DNA from: Candidatus Endomicrobiellum porotermitis
GTDB lineage: Bacteria > Elusimicrobiota > Endomicrobiia > Endomicrobiales > Endomicrobiaceae
Assembly: GCA_031289055.1 (NCBI GenBank)
Contig: JAITQE010000003.1
Coordinates: forward strand, 26,585 to 90,584
Length of the DNA: 64,000 bases
Direction of reading: 5' to 3'
A program made the translations under genes and the position numbers. Below the pieces are notes generated by a model. That model was not told where the DNA came from, searched no databases, and saw only the letters and a list, made by a program, of their open reading frames with translations. Positions 53,084 to 62,406 of this stretch are shown piece after piece. The first letter of the stretch is position 1; every line of letters begins with the position of its first letter.

Positions 53084-54782
53084 GCTCTTTAAAAATGAGG
53101 AAGAAAAAAATAGAATTAACAGAAAGACTGTTTTGGCGTTTGCGACGCTGACGGTCTTTTTTCTTTTATTTGCAAAACTTGCCTACTTACAGATATTTCT
53201 TCACGGAAGAATAAATCGCGCTGTGGATAAAATGGTTAATCGCGAAAGTGTGGAAGTTCCTAAACGAGGAGATATTCTTGATGCAAGAGGAAATATATTG
53301 GCGACAAGTATAAAAAATTATACAGTTTTTCTTGATGCGAAAATGATAGAAGATTTTGAAACGTTAAAAAAAGTATTGTCTGAAAATGGGATAAAAATAA
53401 AAGAAAAGAAAATATGCGATTTTAAAAACGCGTCTTATATTCCGATAGCTTTTGACGTTGATTCTTTTACCGTTGAAAAAATAAAAAGAACAAAGCTTAA
53501 AGGCGTCGGTTTTGAAACGAAATATACCAGACAGTATCCGCAAGGACGGCTTTTAGCGCATATCCTTGGCATAACGGGTTGCGACGGCGGCGGTCTTGAA
53601 GGCGTTGAGAAAATATGTAATGCGAATCTTTCTGGAGAAATCGTAAAAACTAAAATAATTAGAGATGGGCGAGGGCAAATAATCCGTAATAAATCGCTTA
53701 ATATGGAAGAAATTTGCGGGTGTAATATAGAGCTTACTATAGATAGAAATATACAGTTTATAGCTGAACAAGAGCTTAGGAAAGCCTTTGAAACGTATAA
53801 AGCTAAAAAAGCTATATGCATAGTTCAAAATCCGAAAACCGGAAAAATTCTTGCTATGGTTTCTCTTCCGGATTTTGATTGTTCGGACAAAATTAAAGAT
53901 GTAAAGCGTTTAAGAAATTCTGCAATCAGCGATATATATGAGCCCGGATCAACGTTTAAAATAGTAACGGTAGCCGCCGCTTTGGAAGAAGGCAAGATAA
54001 AAATTTCCGATATATTTTATTTGGAAAACGGCAAGTTTAAAATAGCCGGGCATACGATAAAGGACGATCATAAAATAGAGGGAAGCGCCACTTTAAGTAG
54101 AACTTTTGAAATGTCGTCTAATATAGGAATGATAAAAATAGCTCAAAGATTAGGCGGCGACATATTTTACGACTATATAAGAAAATTTGGCTTCTATTCG
54201 TTGACGGGCATAGATCTGCCCGGAGAGGCTAAAGGTCTTTTAATGGATGTAAAGAAATGGAATGCTTTAACTCTTCCCAATATTTCGTTTGGGCAAGGCA
54301 TAGGCGTTTCAGCTCTTCAAATAATAACCGCTTTCTCGTCATTGGCAAACGGCGGCGTTTTATTAAGACCTTTTGTAATACAAAAGATAATAAGATGCAA
54401 TTCCGAAGAGGAAATTTTTGAAAAGAAAGAAATAAGAAGAGTCGTTTCCGAAGATACGGCTAATGTCATGAAAAAATTGTTAAAGAACGTCGTTGACATG
54501 GGAACGGGAAAAAGCGCGAAAATCCAAGGATATACGGTCGGCGGAAAAACTGGTACGGCTCAAAAAGTAGACCCTTCAATTAAAACTTATTCTAGTAAAT
54601 ATTATACCGCTTCATTTTGCGGTATGGTTCCGGCGATGAAGCCTGAGTTTGTAGTTTTAGTAATTATAGACGAGCCTAAAGGAAGCGGTTATTACGCCGC
54701 GTCGGTGGCTTCGCCTGTTTTTGCCAATATTTCCAAAAGAATCGCCGAATATTTACGTATTGAGAAAGACGATGTAAGATAA
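53073..54782 (+). CDS. ftsI: Penicillin-binding protein (class B transpeptidase, FtsI/PBP3-like)
   Basis: TM anchor, STFK, SSN, KTGTA motifs. Confidence 0.9.
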   Translation: MLIRLFKNEEEKNRINRKTVLAFATLTVFFLLFAKLAYLQIFLHGRINRAVDKMVNRESVEVPKRGDILDARGNILATSIKNYTVFLDAKMIEDFETLKKVLSENGIKIKEKKICDFKNASYIPIAFDVDSFTVEKIKRTKLKGVGFETKYTRQYPQGRLLAHILGITGCDGGGLEGVEKICNANLSGEIVKTKIIRDGRGQIIRNKSLNMEEICGCNIELTIDRNIQFIAEQELRKAFETYKAKKAICIVQNPKTGKILAMVSLPDFDCSDKIKDVKRLRNSAISDIYEPGSTFKIVTVAAALEEGKIKISDIFYLENGKFKIAGHTIKDDHKIEGSATLSRTFEMSSNIGMIKIAQRLGGDIFYDYIRKFGFYSLTGIDLPGEAKGLLMDVKKWNALTLPNISFGQGIGVSALQIITAFSSLANGGVLLRPFVIQKIIRCNSEEEIFEKKEIRRVVSEDTANVMKKLLKNVVDMGTGKSAKIQGYTVGGKTGTAQKVDPSIKTYSSKYYTASFCGMVPAMKPEFVVLVIIDEPKGSGYYAASVASPVFANISKRIAEYLRIEKDDVR

Positions 54783-54863
54783 AAATAAGTGCGTTTGCCT
54801 CTGAAAGATATGTATAAATAAAATGCTATACTTTTGCCGAGATAAAATTTGAAAGGAATAACA

Positions 54864-56399
54864 ATGAGACTTAAGGACATATTATCCGACGATATGAAAA
54901 TTTTTGTTTCAGGAGATTTAGACGTTGAAGTTTCAGGCATATCTTACGATTCAAGAACAGTTAAAAATGGGTATGTTTTTTTCGCTTTGCCGGGTCATAA
55001 TACCGACGGATGTAAACATATTGGCGAAGCAATAAAAAAAGGAGCTTCCGCAATTGTAAGTCATTCAAATGTTGAAACATGCCAGCTTCCTTTGATTATC
55101 GCCGAAGACATTTTTAGGTTTATGTCTATTTTCTCAGCTAAGTTTTATAATTATCCGGATAGAGATTTAAACGTTATAGGCGTAACTGGAACAAATGGCA
55201 AGACTACAGTCGCTTATATGATAGACAGCATATTCTCTCACGCCGGCGTTGATTGCGGAGTTATGGGTACGATTAACTACAGATATGGAGATAAAGTTGT
55301 TGAAGCCCCAAACACAACGCCTCAAGCTCCTGATATTTACAGGATTATGCGAGAAATGCTTAACGCGGGAGTCAAGCATATTGTTATGGAAGTTTCTTCC
55401 CACGCGTTAAGTTTGGGAAGAGTTTACGGCATAGATTTTGACATTGCCGTTTTTACGAATTTAACTCAAGACCATCTAGACTTCCATAAAACTATGGGCG
55501 GCTATTTTGAGGCTAAGTCTGCGTTGTTTCGCTCTTTGGGAACAGCCGAAAAAAAAAAAAATAGAAAATTCGCTGTGATAAACATTGACGATAAATACGG
55601 TAAAACGCTCGCCGATATCGGTTTGAACGCCGAAAAAAAGCTTTATTGCGCGTTAAATAACTTAGCAGCGGACTTTAAAGCCCAAAATATTGACGTTTCA
55701 AGTTCTGGCAACAAGTTTGATTTATTATACGCCGGTAATACCGCTAAAATAAACATAAAACATTTTGGACTTCATAATGTCTATAACGCTTTGGCAGCTT
55801 TAGCCGCTTCTATTTGCAGCGGTATTGAGCTTCGCAAAGTTGTAGATGGTTTAAATAACGCAATGCAAGCTCCGGGAAGACTTGAGCGGGTTGACACAGG
55901 GAGGGGCGGTTTTGAAGTTCTTGTAGATTACGCGCATACGCAAGACGCTTTGAAGAATGTTCTTCAAGCCGTAAAGAAAATTAAACATAAAAGAATTATA
56001 ACTGTTTTTGGCTGCGGCGGCGATAGAGACAGAACAAAAAGACCTATAATGGGGAAAGTTGCGGTTGAAACGAGCGATTTTGTTTTTGTAACATCGGATA
56101 ACCCGAGGACTGAGGATCCAAATCTTATAGTTTTGGATATAGAAGCAGGTATAAAAAGAGTCTATAAAACTAACTATAAAGTTGTAGTTGACAGAGAGGA
56201 AGCTATAAAAGAGGCAGTTATGATGGCAGATAGAGGCGATATTGTTTTGTTAGCTGGCAAAGGTCATGAAACGTATCAGATAATAGGTTTAGACAAGATC
56301 CATTTTAGCGACGTAGAAATCGCTATAAAATATATAGAATTAAAAAATCAGAAAGAAAATATTTCAAATGAGCCTAAACAAGAGGAGTTTAGTTTTTAA
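54864..56399 (+). CDS. murE: UDP-MurNAc-L-Ala-D-Glu:meso-diaminopimelate ligase
   Basis: GVTGTNGKTT. DNPRTEDP (the DNPR motif indicates meso-DAP). ATG at 54864 preferred over TTG at 54849. Confidence 0.95.
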   Translation: MRLKDILSDDMKIFVSGDLDVEVSGISYDSRTVKNGYVFFALPGHNTDGCKHIGEAIKKGASAIVSHSNVETCQLPLIIAEDIFRFMSIFSAKFYNYPDRDLNVIGVTGTNGKTTVAYMIDSIFSHAGVDCGVMGTINYRYGDKVVEAPNTTPQAPDIYRIMREMLNAGVKHIVMEVSSHALSLGRVYGIDFDIAVFTNLTQDHLDFHKTMGGYFEAKSALFRSLGTAEKKKNRKFAVINIDDKYGKTLADIGLNAEKKLYCALNNLAADFKAQNIDVSSSGNKFDLLYAGNTAKINIKHFGLHNVYNALAALAASICSGIELRKVVDGLNNAMQAPGRLERVDTGRGGFEVLVDYAHTQDALKNVLQAVKKIKHKRIITVFGCGGDRDRTKRPIMGKVAVETSDFVFVTSDNPRTEDPNLIVLDIEAGIKRVYKTNYKVVVDREEAIKEAVMMADRGDIVLLAGKGHETYQIIGLDKIHFSDVEIAIKYIELKNQKENISNEPKQEEFSF

Positions 56400-57793
56400 T
56401 GGAGATTTTTCAGCTTAGAGATTTAATACGATCCATAGACGGCGAATTTATAATAGGGGATCCTAATCTTTTAGTAGAAGGCGTTTCTATTGATTCAAGA
56501 ACTATACGCAAAGGAGAAGCATATTTTGCGATAAAAGGCAAACGCTATGACGGTCACGATTTTATAAAAGAAGTTGTTGATAAAGAAGCTTCAGCAATAG
56601 TTTACTCAAGCGATAATTTAAAGCATTTTACTTCTTTTTCAAAGTTTCCGTCAATGATTAAAACCGACGACACTCTTGCCGCTCTTGGAAAATTTGCAAA
56701 ATGTTATAGGAGAAAATTTAAGAATGTAAGCATAGTCGGCGTTACAGGTTCAAACGGAAAAACTACAACAAAAGAAATCTTGTTTTCAATTTTAAATCAG
56801 AAAGGAAAAACGCTTTCAAATAAAGGAAATTTCAATAACAGAATAGGACTTCCTCTTTCAATATTTAATTTAACTTCTCAATATCAATACGCGATTTTTG
56901 AAACCGCCACTTCGCTTTACGGCGAAATTGAAATATTGTCGGATATTTTAATGCCGGATGTCGCGGCAATTACAAATATAGGTTTCTCGCATTTGGATAC
57001 TTTTGTTTCCCCCGAAGACGTTTTTAAAGAAAAAAAATATTTGTTTGAAAATGTAAAAGAAAACGGTTGCATAATTGTAAATACCGACGATAAATTTTTA
57101 AAAACTATAAAAGACGGCGGCGGGCGCAAAATTATTACTTTCGGCGCGGATTCCTCAGCCGACGTAACCGCTGAAAATATAAAGTTATTCCCTGATCAAA
57201 CAGTTTTTGATATTTGTTTCAATAAAGAATCTTTAGAAGTTTTTATGCCTGCGCGCGGAAAATTCAATGCGCACAATGCTTTGTGCGCCGCCGCGTGCGC
57301 AGTAGGACTGGGACTATCTTTAAAAGATATAAAAACCGGCATTGAGTTGTTTGTTCCTCCTAAAATGCGTATGGAGACTGTTTCTGCTAAAAACGGGGCG
57401 ATATTGATAAACGACGCTTATAATGCAAACCCTTCTTCAATGAGAAATTCAATAGACGCGGTATTGCAAAGTTATCCCGATAAAAAGGTAAATTTGGTTT
57501 TAGCGGATATGCTTGAGCTTGGCGATAAAACCGACGAATATCATTTTGATCTCGGAAAGTTTATTGGAGATAAAAAAATAAATTCCGTGAATCTTTTTGG
57601 GAATATTATTTTTAATACTAAAACTGGTCTTGGCGATAAGAAAAATGTTTTTTATTCTAAAAACTCAGACGAACTTTTGAACAATCTTAAAAATATTGAT
57701 ATTGATAAAAGTTCCGTATTTTTGTTTAAAGGGTCCAGAGGAATGAAGTTAGAGGAAATTTTTGCGAGCTTTTACGATTTTTTAGAGAGGTAG
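56399..57793 (+). CDS. murF: UDP-MurNAc-tripeptide:D-Ala-D-Ala ligase
   Basis: GVTGSNGKTTTKE, DAYNANPSSM. Confidence 0.95.
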   Translation: MEIFQLRDLIRSIDGEFIIGDPNLLVEGVSIDSRTIRKGEAYFAIKGKRYDGHDFIKEVVDKEASAIVYSSDNLKHFTSFSKFPSMIKTDDTLAALGKFAKCYRRKFKNVSIVGVTGSNGKTTTKEILFSILNQKGKTLSNKGNFNNRIGLPLSIFNLTSQYQYAIFETATSLYGEIEILSDILMPDVAAITNIGFSHLDTFVSPEDVFKEKKYLFENVKENGCIIVNTDDKFLKTIKDGGGRKIITFGADSSADVTAENIKLFPDQTVFDICFNKESLEVFMPARGKFNAHNALCAAACAVGLGLSLKDIKTGIELFVPPKMRMETVSAKNGAILINDAYNANPSSMRNSIDAVLQSYPDKKVNLVLADMLELGDKTDEYHFDLGKFIGDKKINSVNLFGNIIFNTKTGLGDKKNVFYSKNSDELLNNLKNIDIDKSSVFLFKGSRGMKLEEIFASFYDFLER

Positions 57794-57799
57794 AATAAA

Positions 57800-58885
57800 G
57801 TGTTATACCATATTCTGTATAGCTTAAGCGACATATTTACGCCTTTTAATATATTTCAATATATTACCTTTAGGGCTGGCGGGGCGGTTCTGACAAGCAT
57901 TTTGATTTGTTTTATAGTCGGTCCTTATATTATAAGAGAATTGACAAAATTTAAAATCAAACAAGTGGTAAGATCCGACGGTCCCTCAACGCATTTATCC
58001 AAAAAAGAAACGCCCACAATGGGCGGTCTTATAATATTATCATCTGTTGTAATATCTGTTCTTTTATGGGCAAGATTAGACAATCGGTTTATTATTTGGC
58101 TTTTAATAGGATCTATTTGGTTTGGTTTTTTTGGTTTTTGCGACGATCTTTTAAAATTAAAAAGAAGAAATACAAAAGGTCTTTCCGCGCGAGGAAAACT
58201 TTTAGGACAGACTCTTTTTGCAGCGGCGCTTGCGGCGTATTTAAGTTTCTTCCCTCAAAATCCAGACTTTACAACTTTGGTAAATATTCCTTATGTTAAA
58301 AGTTTTTTTGTAAATTTTTCTTTCTTGTACACGCTTCTTGTTATGGTTATGGTTGTAGGCAGTTCTAACGCTGTAAATTTGACAGACGGACTTGACGGGC
58401 TTGCCATAGGGAATATAGTTATAGTAGCTTTTACTTTAGCTCTTTTTGCCTATTTCGCGGGACATGTAAAAATAGCTGATTATTTAAAAATTATTAACGT
58501 ATCTGGAGCGGGGGAAATTTCAGTGTTTTTGTTCGCCGTTATGGGATCTGGATTAGGATTTCTTTGGTACAACGCCCACCCCGCTCAGGTTTTTATGGGC
58601 GATACTGGAAGTTTATTTTTAGGCGGCGTTTTAGGTATGTCGTCAGTGTTTATAAAACAGGAGCTTATTCTCGTTTTACTTGGCGGTATTTTTGTTGTAG
58701 AAGCTTTATCGGTTATTATTCAAGTGTCTTATTATAAAAGGACAAAAAAAAGGATTTTTAAAATGGCGCCTTTGCACCATCATTTTGAAATGCTGGGACT
58801 TTCCGAAACTAAAGTTACAATAAGATTTTGGATAATCGGAATAATGCTTGCAATATTATCTTTCGCATCGCTTAAGTTGAGGTGA
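57800..58885 (+). CDS. mraY: Phospho-N-acetylmuramoyl-pentapeptide transferase
   Basis: KETPTMGG, NAVNLTDGLDGLA, FMGDTGSL, APLHHHFE. GTG start. Confidence 0.95.
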   Translation: MLYHILYSLSDIFTPFNIFQYITFRAGGAVLTSILICFIVGPYIIRELTKFKIKQVVRSDGPSTHLSKKETPTMGGLIILSSVVISVLLWARLDNRFIIWLLIGSIWFGFFGFCDDLLKLKRRNTKGLSARGKLLGQTLFAAALAAYLSFFPQNPDFTTLVNIPYVKSFFVNFSFLYTLLVMVMVVGSSNAVNLTDGLDGLAIGNIVIVAFTLALFAYFAGHVKIADYLKIINVSGAGEISVFLFAVMGSGLGFLWYNAHPAQVFMGDTGSLFLGGVLGMSSVFIKQELILVLLGGIFVVEALSVIIQVSYYKRTKKRIFKMAPLHHHFEMLGLSETKVTIRFWIIGIMLAILSFASLKLR

Positions 58886-58888
58886 GCC

Positions 58889-60202
58889 ATGCGTAAAAAT
58901 TTAGGCGTTTTAGGACTTGGCAAAAGCGGCATTGCGGCAGCAAACCTTGCGGTAAAGTTGGGTTATAACGTATTTGCTAGCGACGCCGGAAGCAAAAGAG
59001 AGATAAAGAAATTAAATAAGAAAATTAATACGGAATTTGGCGGGCATTCCGACAAAATCTTAGATTCTAATGTTGTCGTAAAGAGTCCTGGGATTCATTC
59101 TGATATTCCTATACTAAAAAAAGCCGTTAAAAAGAAAATTGGCGTTATAAGCGAGCTTTCCTTTTCTTTAGGAAACTCAAAATATAAAAAAATTATTGCC
59201 ATAACAGGAACTAATGGCAAAACTACAACTACAGATTTAACGGCTAAAATAATAAAATCGGTTTATAAAGACTCTATAGTTGTCGGCAACATAGGCGCGC
59301 CTTTGGCAAATAAAGCTTTAAGAACTGGGGAAAATACGCATATTACAATGGAGCTTTCAAGTTATCAACTAGAAGATACGCCAAATTTTAGACCTGATAT
59401 TTCAGTTTTATTAAATATTACTCCGGATCACCTTGAACGTCATAAGACTATGAGCGCTTATATAAAGGCAAAAGAGAACGCGTTTATAAACCAACGGCGC
59501 GGAGATTTTGCAATATTAAATTATGACGACAAAATATGCAGAAGAATAAGCTCAAAAGTTAAAGCGAATTTAATTTATTTCAGCAAGAAAGCGTTAAATA
59601 AAGGTGTCTTTTATAACAATGGTAAAATAGCGATAAAAGTCGGCAAAAAATATTTTGAAATAGAGCCTAAAATCAATATGCTAGGAAGCCACAACATAGA
59701 AAATATTTTGGCGGCAACGGCGGCGGCGTATGTCGCCGGCGTAAATCCAAAAGACATAGAAAAAGTTATTTCAAAATATAAAGGCGCGGAACACAGAATA
59801 GAGTTTGTTAAAACTGTAAACGGAGCGGATTACTATAACGATTCAAAATCAACGAATATAGATTCAACAAGGGTTGCTTTGGAATCTTTTGATAAAAATG
59901 TTTTGATTATTATGGGCGGGAGAGATAAAGGTTTTCCTTATTTGCCTTTAAAGAAACTTGTAAAAGACAAAGTCAAAGCAATTTTCCTTATAGGCGAAGC
60001 TTCTAATAAAATAAGAAAGGATTTAAGCGGGATCACTAATTTTTACGATTGCGGCAATATAGAAAATGCGGTTAATAAAATTTATAAAATTTCAGCGCCG
60101 GGCGATACGGTATTGCTTTCCCCGGCATGCGCTTCTTTTGATCAATTTAAAGATTTTGAAGAACGAGGAAGCGTTTTTAAACAACTTGTGCGCAAGTTAT
60201 AG
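58889..60202 (+). CDS. murD: UDP-MurNAc-L-Ala:D-Glu ligase
   Basis: GLGKSG, ITGTNGKTTTT, DSKSTN. Confidence 0.95.
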   Translation: MRKNLGVLGLGKSGIAAANLAVKLGYNVFASDAGSKREIKKLNKKINTEFGGHSDKILDSNVVVKSPGIHSDIPILKKAVKKKIGVISELSFSLGNSKYKKIIAITGTNGKTTTTDLTAKIIKSVYKDSIVVGNIGAPLANKALRTGENTHITMELSSYQLEDTPNFRPDISVLLNITPDHLERHKTMSAYIKAKENAFINQRRGDFAILNYDDKICRRISSKVKANLIYFSKKALNKGVFYNNGKIAIKVGKKYFEIEPKINMLGSHNIENILAATAAAYVAGVNPKDIEKVISKYKGAEHRIEFVKTVNGADYYNDSKSTNIDSTRVALESFDKNVLIIMGGRDKGFPYLPLKKLVKDKVKAIFLIGEASNKIRKDLSGITNFYDCGNIENAVNKIYKISAPGDTVLLSPACASFDQFKDFEERGSVFKQLVRKL

Positions 60203-60210
60203 GCTAGGAT

Positions 60211-61308
60211 ATGTTTAAAATAGATTTTAAGAAATCAGATCGTACGCTTATAGTCTTGATATGTTTGTGCGTTATTTTTGGAACGGTCATGGTTTTTTCT
60301 TCTAGCTTTATTAGCGCGTATGTCAGATGGTCTAGTCCATACAAGTTTTTTTTGAAGCAAATGTTGTGGCTTTTAGTGGGTTTTGGAGCAATGTTTACAA
60401 CGGCTTTTATAATCAACTATAAGTTTTATAAAAAACATGCAAAAGTAATTTATATTCTTTCTTGGCTTTTGGTTGTAGCCGCGTTGTTTTTTGGAGTATC
60501 AAGGCTTGGGGCAAAACGATGGCTGAGTTTTGGCTTCTTAACTATTCAACCCTCTGAATTTGCAAAACTAGCGATAGTTATAATAATTGCCGATTTTATA
60601 TCAAGAAAGAAGGACATGATTGAGAAATTAAAAGGTCTGATAGCTCCGTTGGCAATAATTCTTTTTATGTTGTGTCCTATTGCATTGGAACCTGATTTGG
60701 GTACGCCTATTCTGATAGCTGCAGCGTGTTTTGCTATGCTTTTTTGCGCAGGTCTGCAAATTAAAGTCGTTCTTTTTAGCGGGACAGTTGGCGCATTGTT
60801 GATTGCTGAAGAAATAATCAGAAAACCGTACAGACTTGCAAGGTTCCACGATTATTTAGCGTCTTTTATAAATATTGACGCTGCTTCATATCAAGTGAAA
60901 CAGTCTTTAAATGCTTTAGGCGCTGGCGGATTTTTTGGCAGAGGACTAGGTAAAAGCGAAATGAAACTTATGTATCTACCTGAAGCTCACACCGATTTTA
61001 TTTTTCCTATTATTGGAGAAGAGCTGGGTTTTTTTGGCGCTTGCGCCGTTGTTTCTTTTTTTATCTATCTGTTTTTTAAAGGCATAAAGATGAGTAAACA
61101 TATGCCTGATGTTTTTTCTGAATATTTATGTTTAGGCATAACGTTTGTTATTGTTTTTCAAGCAGTTATAAATTTGTCTGTCGCCACGGGAGTATTTCCA
61201 GCAAAGGGGCTTCCCCTTCCCTTTATATCTTTTGGCGGAACGTCTCTTGCTATAAGTATGGCTGCTGCTGGAATATTGATAAATTTATCGCGTTACGGTA
61301 AAAGATAA
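60211..61308 (+). CDS. ftsW: SEDS-family peptidoglycan polymerase FtsW
   Basis: QPSEFAKL, PEAHTDFIF, GLPLPFISFGGTS. Confidence 0.9.
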   Translation: MFKIDFKKSDRTLIVLICLCVIFGTVMVFSSSFISAYVRWSSPYKFFLKQMLWLLVGFGAMFTTAFIINYKFYKKHAKVIYILSWLLVVAALFFGVSRLGAKRWLSFGFLTIQPSEFAKLAIVIIIADFISRKKDMIEKLKGLIAPLAIILFMLCPIALEPDLGTPILIAAACFAMLFCAGLQIKVVLFSGTVGALLIAEEIIRKPYRLARFHDYLASFINIDAASYQVKQSLNALGAGGFFGRGLGKSEMKLMYLPEAHTDFIFPIIGEELGFFGACAVVSFFIYLFFKGIKMSKHMPDVFSEYLCLGITFVIVFQAVINLSVATGVFPAKGLPLPFISFGGTSLAISMAAAGILINLSRYGKR

Positions 61309-61314
61309 AACGGA

Positions 61315-62406
61315 ATGAAAGCAAATAAAAAGAAAAATATTATCATTGTGGCAAGCGGCACAGGCGGGCATATATACCCGGGCATAGCTTTGGCTAAAGA
61401 GTTTCAAAGCAAAGGCTACAATTCTATTTTTTTTATAAATAATAATTCTGCATCTCTTGAAATCTTAAACAACAGCGGTTTTCAATACGTGGCTTTTAAT
61501 ATGGTTGGAATGCCTACAAAGTTTTCATTTTCATTCGTAGTGTTTTTAGTTAGATTAAAAATTTCTTTTTTTAAAGCTTTAAAACATATTTTTTATATAA
61601 GCCCCTTCGCTGTTATCGGAACGGGAGGGTATCTTGCCGTTCCGGCGTTATTTGCCGCTAAAACTTTAGGAAAGAAAACTTTTATACACGAACAGAATAC
61701 AATTCCCGGAAAAGCTAATATGCTTATAAATAAAATAGCAGATGAAACTTTTGTAAGTTTTAGTTTTTCTGAAAAATACTTTAAAAATAAAAACCTTGTT
61801 ATTTCTGGTTATCCGGTCAGGAAAGATATTTTTGCCGTGTCAAAGAACGACGCTTTAAAATGGCTTAGTTTAAATGGCAATATTTTTACGATTTTAGTTT
61901 TCGGCGGCAGTTTGGGGGCGGCCAAGTTGAATGAAATTGCGCGTAAAGCTCTTTTGCGTTTTGCTTCAAGTAATGAAATGCAAGCGATTCATATAACTGG
62001 CGCAAAAGATTTTACAAGGATACAAAAAATTGTCGGAGTACGCGCGGATTACAAAATATTCTCATATATGCACAATATAGCGTACGCTTACGCTGCGTGC
62101 GATATGGTTATATCGCGTTCAGGAGCGGGAACTGTTTTTGAGCTTAAGACTTTGGGAAAGCCCGCTGTTTTAATTCCCTACCCGTACGCTACAGACAATC
62201 ATCAATATTGGAATGCTAAAGAAATTGAAGAAAAAGGAAGAGTCACAGTAATTGAAGAAAAAGATTTTACAGAAAGAAATCTATTGGAAGCCGTTGAATT
62301 TCTTAAGATAAACGCAAAGAAAGCCGCCTTAAAAGACGTTGTGAAGCCGCCGCAAGAAATAATATATGAGGAAATAATTAAACGTATAAAATATGGAAAA
62401 GTTTAA
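61315..62406 (+). CDS. murG: Lipid II synthase MurG (undecaprenyl-PP-MurNAc-pentapeptide GlcNAc transferase)
   Basis: [27 protein letters not shown]. Confidence 0.95.
   Translation: MKANKKKNIIIVASGTGGHIYPGIALAKEFQSKGYNSIFFINNNSASLEILNNSGFQYVAFNMVGMPTKFSFSFVVFLVRLKISFFKALKHIFYISPFAVIGTGGYLAVPALFAAKTLGKKTFIHEQNTIPGKANMLINKIADETFVSFSFSEKYFKNKNLVISGYPVRKDIFAVSKNDALKWLSLNGNIFTILVFGGSLGAAKLNEIARKALLRFASSNEMQAIHITGAKDFTRIQKIVGVRADYKIFSYMHNIAYAYAACDMVISRSGAGTVFELKTLGKPAVLIPYPYATDNHQYWNAKEIEEKGRVTVIEEKDFTERNLLEAVEFLKINAKKAALKDVVKPPQEIIYEEIIKRIKYGKV

Noticed and set aside
58066-58299. Plus-strand ORF 58066-58299 (77 aa, very basic) and many other 60-160-aa ORFs nested in or antisense to large conserved genes (e.g. 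974-1378, 6985-7455, 15007-15486, 39107-39514, 53435-53821).
   Set aside because: All lie wholly within strongly supported CDSs in alternative frames. Their composition (Lys/Arg/Phe/Ser/Leu-rich) is what off-frame translation of AT-rich DNA would give.
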